Below, one piece after another: positions 7,728 to 12,406 of a stretch of 12,406 bases of DNA. Numbering within the stretch: the stretch's first letter is position 1; the number at the start of each line of letters is the position of its first letter. Both the position numbers and the translations under genes were made by a program. This DNA comes from Fimbriimonadia bacterium (GTDB lineage: Bacteria > Armatimonadota > Fimbriimonadia > Fimbriimonadales > Fimbriimonadaceae): contig JALGYA010000076.1 of the NCBI GenBank assembly GCA_029824475.1, positions 1 through 12,406 of the forward strand, written 5' to 3'. The notes beneath the pieces were generated by a model. It did no database searches. It had not been told where the DNA came from and saw nothing but the letters and a program-made list of their open reading frames with translations.

Positions 7728-8629
7728 CGCTTCACGCGCTTCGTGCTGATTTCCATTCCCGAGCGTTGGAAAGCGTCAGAGAGTGCATCCTTCATCGTGG
7801 CCGTCGTCTTGATGCTGCCGACGTCAATGCCCAGGTCGACGATGGTCTGCGCGATCGCAGGCGAAAGGCCCGAGATGGTGCACTCACAACCCATCAGCCG
7901 GGTTGCACTGGTGATTTTAATGAGGTTGTTTGCGACTGCAGTATCCACTACACCGACACCACTGATGTCGAGGATGAAGATCTGCGCCTGCGTCTCGGCG
8001 ATCTTGGCGAGAGTCGCATTCATGATGTCTCCCGCACGGTGCGAGTCGATGATGCCGACAATGGGAAGCAGCAGGATCCCTTCCCAAATCTGCGTCACGG
8101 GCGTCGACATCTCCATCAGCGCCTTCGACTGGGAAGTGAGCATGTCCTCAACAACCGCGTTGTACGAGTCAACAATGATCGCGGCATCCAGGTGCGCTAC
8201 TTTCGTAATCGCGCCCTGAACCGCGACGACCTCCTCTTGAGGCAACTCCTGAGTAAGAAGCTGACAGATAATCTCCAGGAAGGTGTTCACGCCGGACCAG
8301 TACGAACTGAGCTGCAGGCCGATCCGCGCGTGAGTCTGCCCGACGCGAAACCTAGTCGCGACATAGGCCTCGTCAATCTCGGCCGTGAAGAGTTGACGCC
8401 AGAACTCTACCTGTCGCGCCTGGGCACTCTCCAGAAGATCTGCGTCAGAGAAGAATTGAGTGAACTCGGGCCGGGTCTCCATCCAATCGTAGAAACGAGT
8501 GAGGAGCTCCGGGAGGCGCGCCTCCAACTTGGGAGCAGCACTGCGGACCAGATCAAGATCTGAGTCAGACACCAGGAACTGGGTCTTCAATTCCTCGGGG
8601 TTATTCGAACTGTGGTTGTACTGGGTCAT
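7724..8629 (-). CDS. rsbR: RsbR-like stressosome sensor: N-terminal globin-coupled-sensor-type (non-haem or haem globin) domain plus a C-terminal STAS domain.
   Basis: 301 aa with an ATG start. The C-terminus closely matches the B. subtilis RsbR STAS domain, including both phospho-threonines: 'FILDISGVGVVDTAVANNLIKITSATRLMGCECTISGLSPAIAQTIVDLGIDVGSIKTTATMKDAL' versus 'ILDITGVPVVDTMVAHHIIQASEAVRLVGCQAMLVGIRPEIAQTIVNLGIELDQIITTNTMKKGM'. The N-terminal 170 aa have sensor-globin features: 'FYDWMETRPEFTQFF...VEFWRQLFTAEIDEAYVATRFRVGQTHARIGL'. Confidence 0.88.
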   Translation of the reverse strand: MTQYNHSSNNPEELKTQFLVSDSDLDLVRSAAPKLEARLPELLTRFYDWMETRPEFTQFFSDADLLESAQARQVEFWRQLFTAEIDEAYVATRFRVGQTHARIGLQLSSYWSGVNTFLEIICQLLTQELPQEEVVAVQGAITKVAHLDAAIIVDSYNAVVEDMLTSQSKALMEMSTPVTQIWEGILLLPIVGIIDSHRAGDIMNATLAKIAETQAQIFILDISGVGVVDTAVANNLIKITSATRLMGCECTISGLSPAIAQTIVDLGIDVGSIKTTATMKDALSDAFQRSGMEISTKRVKR

Positions 8630-8637
8630 GACTAGCC

Positions 8638-10458
8638 CTATTTGCTCAGTTGAAGGACGACCTCAATGCCGTCCTGAAGTGTACGCTCCGTGCGGATACC
8701 CTCGAGTGCTAGATCGAGGTCCACAATCGTGCGCGCGGCGTCCGCTTGAACGCCGGTAATGACGACCTCCGCACCGAGGAGCCGCGCGGACCTCGCGGCG
8801 CGCGCCAACCCGGTCGCGACAGTTTCATCGAGGCGGGGCAATCCGGTGAGGTCAAGAATCGCCGCGCGCGCGCCACGCTTATGGAGACCCTCCACAAGCA
8901 TTTCACGGACATGCTCGATTCGCCGTTCGTCCATCTCACCCACAAGCGGCATGACGACGACGTCTTCTTGCAGGGAGATCAAAGGTGTTGAAAGCGCATC
9001 GATCGCCTCATTCTGCTTGGCAACCATCTGTTCAAGTGAGGCACGCATCGTCTCCAAACTCGCTCCCAATGCACCGAGTTCATCCCTGCGCGTGACCTCG
9101 ACTGGTTTATCCAGGTCGCCCTTAGCAAGTGAGGCAGCTACACCTGAAAGCCGCTCAATGGGACGTGTCAGGGAGCGAGCGAAGAACACTGCTCCGGCCA
9201 CAATCAGCGCCATGATTCCAATTTGCTCCAGGATGATCTGATTCCGCAACTCCTTCGCTGGTCCGAGTGCTTCAGCCTCATCGATCTCAGCCAACAGCGC
9301 CCAATCAATGCCAGGCAGGTCGAGTGGTCGATAACTCGAGAGCACTGGAACACCTCGGTAGTCCTCGAAGACTCCACGACCCGTATCTCCAGCCTGTACA
9401 GCCCTGACACCGGCAGTATCGACCACCTGCAGGCCGATCGCGCTCCCTTGAGCCTCAATTGAAGCAATCACTGAGGAGTCCTGACCGTGGCGCCGCAGGG
9501 TGCTGAGGTAGGACTCGCCATCCTCGACAAGGAACCTCGACTCGTTCCGCAGTGTACGGTCGGCGCCCACGATGTAGCACTCACCTGAGGCGCCAAGCCC
9601 GACATCCTCCCAACGGCCGCCGGTCGTCATGATGTCATCAATCCGATCGATCGGCACTTGAAAGGCAAGTACGCCTACCTGCTCGTCCCCATCGAAGATT
9701 GGCGACGCAATGAACGAGGCGCTCGCACCGTACGAAGGGAGATACGGCGAATAGTCCACCAGCTCCACACTCCCGGAAGTCGTTGCTGATGCCACCGCCT
9801 CGAAGCATGTCGCGAGGTTGGACTCACGATGGGGTCCTGATTTCAGCGACGTGCCAAAGTCCATCTCCTTAGAGGCACTGTAGACGACATTACCCGTCCT
9901 GGAATCGATCAGGAATACGTCGTAGTAACCGAACCGCTCAAGGAAGGAGCGAAACAATGGATGGTAGCGCGCATGAGCATCCGCATAACTGCTGCCATCT
10001 CCAGGATCGTCGAGCAGTGCGCGGGAACCCAATGAAAACGGACTCCGCGCGAGGAAAAGGCGCTGGAGTTCCTGTCCCATTCGATTCTGCGGAATGAGGT
10101 CTGCAAGCGGGGGAGTGCCAGGCAAGGCCTCAAGCCGCGGCAGCACCTCCGACTCATAATGCAGGCGCAATTCAAGATCGTCGTCTCCAGATGGCTCGAC
10201 CCTGGCGAATGCCTCGGAGAATTCGCGCATCGCGCCGATCACCATCAGACTTTCCGAGAGAGTCAGGACTTGCCCCTCGACTGCCTGAAAGTAGGTGTGA
10301 ATTTGCTCCGCCTTTGTTTCCCTGACAACCGTCAACTTCTGAAACGCACCATCCAGCAAGGACTTTCTCGCCTGCCTATACGCCGTGTGCGCAGTCAGTC
10401 CCGACGCCGCGACCCCCACGAGCACGAGCAAAATCAGGGTTCGGATGCGGATGGACAT
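8638..10458 (-). CDS. Membrane-anchored STAS-domain sensor: signal-anchor/TM1, periplasmic double-Cache (dCache_1-like) domain, TM2, HAMP domain, cytoplasmic STAS domain. RsbR-paralogue-like stressosome input protein.
   Basis: 606 aa with an ATG start. TM1 is 'IRTLILLVLVGVAASGL'. The 330-aa extracytoplasmic region has dCache hallmarks: 'YYDVFLIDSRTGNVVYSASKE', 'VGVLAFQVPIDRIDDIM', 'GASGECYIVGADRTLRNESRF'. TM2 is 'IGIMALIVAGAVFFA'. The HAMP-like segment is 'RSLTRPIERLSGVAASLAKGDLDKPVEVTRRDELGALGASLETMRASLEQM'. The C-terminal STAS is 'VVMPLVGEMDERRIEHVREMLVEGLHKRGARAAILDLTGLPRLDETVATGLARAARSARLLGAEVVITGVQADAARTIVDL'. Confidence 0.85.
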   Translation of the reverse strand: MSIRIRTLILLVLVGVAASGLTAHTAYRQARKSLLDGAFQKLTVVRETKAEQIHTYFQAVEGQVLTLSESLMVIGAMREFSEAFARVEPSGDDDLELRLHYESEVLPRLEALPGTPPLADLIPQNRMGQELQRLFLARSPFSLGSRALLDDPGDGSSYADAHARYHPLFRSFLERFGYYDVFLIDSRTGNVVYSASKEMDFGTSLKSGPHRESNLATCFEAVASATTSGSVELVDYSPYLPSYGASASFIASPIFDGDEQVGVLAFQVPIDRIDDIMTTGGRWEDVGLGASGECYIVGADRTLRNESRFLVEDGESYLSTLRRHGQDSSVIASIEAQGSAIGLQVVDTAGVRAVQAGDTGRGVFEDYRGVPVLSSYRPLDLPGIDWALLAEIDEAEALGPAKELRNQIILEQIGIMALIVAGAVFFARSLTRPIERLSGVAASLAKGDLDKPVEVTRRDELGALGASLETMRASLEQMVAKQNEAIDALSTPLISLQEDVVVMPLVGEMDERRIEHVREMLVEGLHKRGARAAILDLTGLPRLDETVATGLARAARSARLLGAEVVITGVQADAARTIVDLDLALEGIRTERTLQDGIEVVLQLSK

Positions 10459-10548
10459 GAGATTAGAGTCAGGAAGTCGCCGACAAAGCGATTGTGCCCG
10501 ATAATACTCGGTCAGCCCTTGAATCGCGACCCGGGAGATCCCTTGAGT
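10459..10548 (-). promoter_or_regulatory. Intergenic region between flotillin and the sensor gene. Candidate promoter for the partner-switching operon: a -10-like TATTAT lies at 10506..10501 on the minus strand.
   Basis: This is the only intergenic gap of 30 nt or more upstream of the eight-gene array. The minus strand reads '...tcgcgattcaagggctgaccgagTATTATcgggcacaatcg...ATG'. The -10-like hexamer sits 42 nt upstream of the ATG, but I found no convincing -35. Confidence 0.25.
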
Positions 10549-11754
10549 TCATTTCAGCTCCGGCGGGAGCGAGGAATCTCCTTGCTGAACCTTGTTGGCA
10601 AGTTTAGCGATGTCGATGCCTGTCGCGTTTTTCAACTGCTCCAGCATGGCCACTGCTGATCCAGCTACGTTCCGCACATGCCCTGGCAAGGCTCCCCCTT
10701 CTCCCCCATCGACAATCGTCAGCTTATCAATCCTGAGGTTATCAGCAACCGTGCGAGTGACTTGCTCCATCAAGGTGGGTAGGAGCTGGATTAGGAATAG
10801 ATCCTTTGCGTCCTCACCTACCCATTGACCGCGAAGCAGCTCAAGCGCCTCGGCAGTGGCACGCCCTTCTTCGCGGATACGCGCCGAGCTACCCTCGGCG
10901 CTTAGCAATCCGGCATCACGAGCAGCTTCGGCTGGAACAACGACGTCTGCCTGAGTCCGTTTGCGAGCAAGCTCAATCCGGCGCTCCTCAAGCGCGACTT
11001 CCTCTTCTGCACGAGCGATCGCACCAGCGACTGATGCACGCTCTTCCGCCCGGCTCTCCTCACCGGCAAGTTCAGCACGACGGACCTTGAGAGCGTTCTC
11101 TTCTCCGATCACGGACTGCTCAGATGAGATCTCCGCAATCCGAGCAAATTTGTCCTGCTCTGCAGCGACGCTCCGCGCTTCGGCGTCAGCAGTAGCCTCT
11201 GCTACTCGCGCATCTCGCTGCACAGCGGAATTACGCTGGCGGCCGATTGCCGTGAGATAACCAGCCTCGTCCGAGATATCTTGCACCTGAAAATAATCAA
11301 GCACGATGCCAAGGTCTCGCAAAAGCGCCCGCGAACGTTCGGTGACCTGTTGAGCCAGGTCGAGTCGCTCAGAGTTGGCATTCTCAGGTGACATCGTCGC
11401 CAACACGCCACGCAGGACGCCGCTGACCGCCTGCTTGGCTGCCTTGATCACCGCATCTTCCCCCTTGCCAAGAAAACGCTCAATGGCTGCATCCAATCCG
11501 TCCTCCTCGCGGCCAGCGAGCTTAACGCTGGCACGCGCATCGACATTGACCGGGATCATCCCCGCGCACATGGCCTTTCCCACCTGCAGATCGAGCCCTA
11601 TTGAGGTCAACGGAAGTCGCGCCACAGACTCAACGAGTGGCATTTTGAAGCCACGCCCACCTCGGATCACACGATAGCCTCTTGTATCGCCACCCCCCGT
11701 TTGCTTCCGGCGCGCCAAGTAGACGTTTGAGAATAGCCGCGTAGGAATACCCAA
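10549..11754 (-). CDS. Flotillin / SPFH (band-7) family protein, FloT/YqiK-like: the SPFH-domain body plus an EA-rich coiled coil. Its N-terminal membrane segment lies in a different frame (see 11630..12058).
   Basis: 'GYRVIRGGRGFKMPLVESV' matches FloT 'RIKIVRGGGTFVLPVFQ'. The coiled coil is long and Glu/Ala-rich ('AEATADAEARSVAAEQDKFARIAE...EERRIELARKR'), and the C-terminus has the flotillin motif 'LFLIQLLPTLMEQVTRTVADNLRIDKLTIVDGG'. The nominal start at 11754 is a TTG picked by the ORF tool; the true N-terminus is upstream in another frame. Confidence 0.85.
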   Translation of the reverse strand: MGIPTRLFSNVYLARRKQTGGGDTRGYRVIRGGRGFKMPLVESVARLPLTSIGLDLQVGKAMCAGMIPVNVDARASVKLAGREEDGLDAAIERFLGKGEDAVIKAAKQAVSGVLRGVLATMSPENANSERLDLAQQVTERSRALLRDLGIVLDYFQVQDISDEAGYLTAIGRQRNSAVQRDARVAEATADAEARSVAAEQDKFARIAEISSEQSVIGEENALKVRRAELAGEESRAEERASVAGAIARAEEEVALEERRIELARKRTQADVVVPAEAARDAGLLSAEGSSARIREEGRATAEALELLRGQWVGEDAKDLFLIQLLPTLMEQVTRTVADNLRIDKLTIVDGGEGGALPGHVRNVAGSAVAMLEQLKNATGIDIAKLANKVQQGDSSLPPELK

Positions 11755-12058
11755 AATAGCTGCCCATTGCTATCAGGACGTAGGGCCAGAAACGAATCGC
11801 AAGGACAATGATGCCTCCTCGCCCCCCACGCCTCCCGGAAGCCTTCCCGAGTTCGGCTGAATCAACAGCAGCAAACGGATCTTCCCAGCCCGATAGCAGG
11901 AAGATGCCAGCAGCCAAACAGTAAAGTGATGCGACTAGGCCGCCAACGGCAGCTGCCTTTGCTGCAGCATCCCAGCCGCGCTTGTCCACAGCTACAAGGG
12001 CATGAATGGTCACGAATGAGCCGACGAAGGCGATGAAAATGAAAGAGGCCTGGAACAT
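11630..12058 (-). CDS. N-terminal membrane portion of the same flotillin gene, in the -1 frame relative to the body, with 2-3 hydrophobic helices. The frameshift is probably at the C6 tract at 11693..11698, so this is either a pseudogene or a homopolymer sequencing error.
   Basis: ATG at 12058..12056. It has hydrophobic segments 'ASFIFIAFVGSFVTIHALVAV', 'AAAVGGLVASLYCLAAGIFLL' and 'GGIIVLAIRFWPYVLIAMGSYFGYSYAAIL'. The end of this frame, '...AAILKRLLGAPEANGG', joins collinearly to the body frame, 'GDTRGYRVIRGG...', if one G is removed from the G6 run on the coding strand. Compare FloT 'KYRTAGPDEALIVTGSYLGN...RIKIVRGGG'. Confidence 0.6.
   Translation of the reverse strand: MFQASFIFIAFVGSFVTIHALVAVDKRGWDAAAKAAAVGGLVASLYCLAAGIFLLSGWEDPFAAVDSAELGKASGRRGGRGGIIVLAIRFWPYVLIAMGSYFGYSYAAILKRLLGAPEANGGWRYKRLSCDPRWAWLQNATR
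11693..11698. repeat. C6/G6 homopolymer inside the flotillin gene, at the point where the reading frame changes.
   Basis: Plus strand 11691..11700 is 'caccccccgt'. Frame A (the N-terminal membrane part) and frame B (the SPFH body) both read through this run. Confidence 0.6.
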
Positions 12059-12219
12059 GAATTAGCTTTTCATGGTGCTTAACGGGATTGCCGTTCAGCT
12101 GACGCCGGGTCGCGAAGCGGTCCGGTGGTCGGCTGCAACGGCTGGTTAGAAAGCCTACAGAAATGTTTTGGTCCTTATTCAAAAACAACCGCGCATCAGG
12201 ATCCTTCATAACGCTCAAC

Positions 12220-12406
12220 TCATAGAAATAGCGCCAAGAGATATATCCAGAAGGAGCCTATCAAAAGAGTCAGAGCACCAAGGATGAGGGTTTCCAACTT
12301 TGCCTTCTTCCGACGTTTGGCGTGGAAAAAAAGACCAAAGCTGGCCGCAAAACCAAGCCCAATCCCTGCAATAAACACGCAGAACAGCCAAGCACTATCC
12401 ACTCCA
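12220..12406 (-). CDS. Hypothetical small 2-TM membrane protein. It may continue past the window end, and it may be spurious.
   Basis: The ORF 12220..12402 begins with GTG, and the frame stays open to the window edge. It has two hydrophobic helices flanking 'HAKRRKKAKLE'. It lies in the AT-richer, roughly 50% GC segment, and its codon usage differs from the neighbouring genes. Confidence 0.3.
   Translation of the reverse strand, partial: GVDSAWLFCVFIAGIGLGFAASFGLFFHAKRRKKAKLETLILGALTLLIGSFWIYLLALFL

Noticed and set aside
10531-10545. Short palindrome CCCGGGAGATCCC just after the flotillin stop, as a possible terminator.
   Set aside because: The stem is only about 4 bp with a 2-nt loop, and no T-run follows on the minus strand, so it is not a credible intrinsic terminator. 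It may simply be a restriction-site-like palindrome.
2069-10828. Numerous 60-265-aa plus-strand ORFs inside the minus-strand genes, for example 7766..8563, 5121..5777 and 7680..8219.
   Set aside because: Each lies entirely within a minus-strand gene with strong, alignable homology (RsbR, PP2C, RsbS). The translations are Arg/Ser/Pro-rich with no recognisable motifs, so I treat them as antisense artefacts.
11862-12218. 118-aa minus-strand ORF overlapping the flotillin N-terminal segment.
   Set aside because: It is out of frame with, and overlaps, the hydrophobic flotillin N-terminus, and the protein is Cys/Arg-rich nonsense. It is probably spurious, although part of it covers the real upstream region.
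1-12406. Looked for CRISPR arrays, tRNA/rRNA genes, transposase or integrase genes, and inverted terminal repeats.
   Set aside because: By eye there is no regularly spaced direct-repeat array, no tRNA-like cloverleaf regions and no IS-like ORFs, and coding density is essentially continuous. I cannot exclude short repeats without a computational self-comparison.

Overview
This 12.4 kb GC-rich bacterial window (about 60% GC) is coded almost entirely on the minus strand. From 10458 down to 1 there are eight co-directional genes, separated by gaps of 28 nt or less or by 4 to 8 nt start/stop overlaps, so they most likely form one operon. Reading 5' to 3' on the minus strand they are: (1) a membrane sensor with a double-Cache periplasmic domain, a HAMP domain and a STAS domain; (2) an RsbR-like protein with a globin-type sensor domain and a STAS domain; (3) RsbS, a single STAS domain; (4) an RsbT-like serine kinase fused to an RsbX-like PP2C phosphatase; (5) an RsbU-like PP2C phosphatase fused to an RsbW-like HATPase_c serine kinase; (6) an RsbV/SpoIIAA-like STAS anti-sigma-factor antagonist; (7) a Kef-type CPA2 K+/H+ antiporter with an RCK_N (TrkA-N) domain and an unusual C-terminal extension of about 230 aa; (8) a large phosphotransferase of the APH/choline-kinase fold with an unassigned N-terminal domain of about 230 aa, which runs off the 5' edge of the window. 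This is a complete stressosome-type phospho-partner-switching cascade with no sigma factor or anti-sigma target in the window. It is translationally coupled to an ion transporter and a kinase-like enzyme instead, which I read as a possibly undescribed non-transcriptional output. Upstream, at 10549..12058, is a flotillin (SPFH) gene whose N-terminal membrane part and body lie in different frames; the shift is most probably at a C6 homopolymer at 11693..11698. The last 350 bp are AT-richer and hold the flotillin upstream region plus a doubtful small 2-TM ORF. Nearly all plus-strand ORFs in the supplied track are antisense shadow ORFs of the minus-strand genes. I saw no rRNA, tRNA, CRISPR array or transposase.
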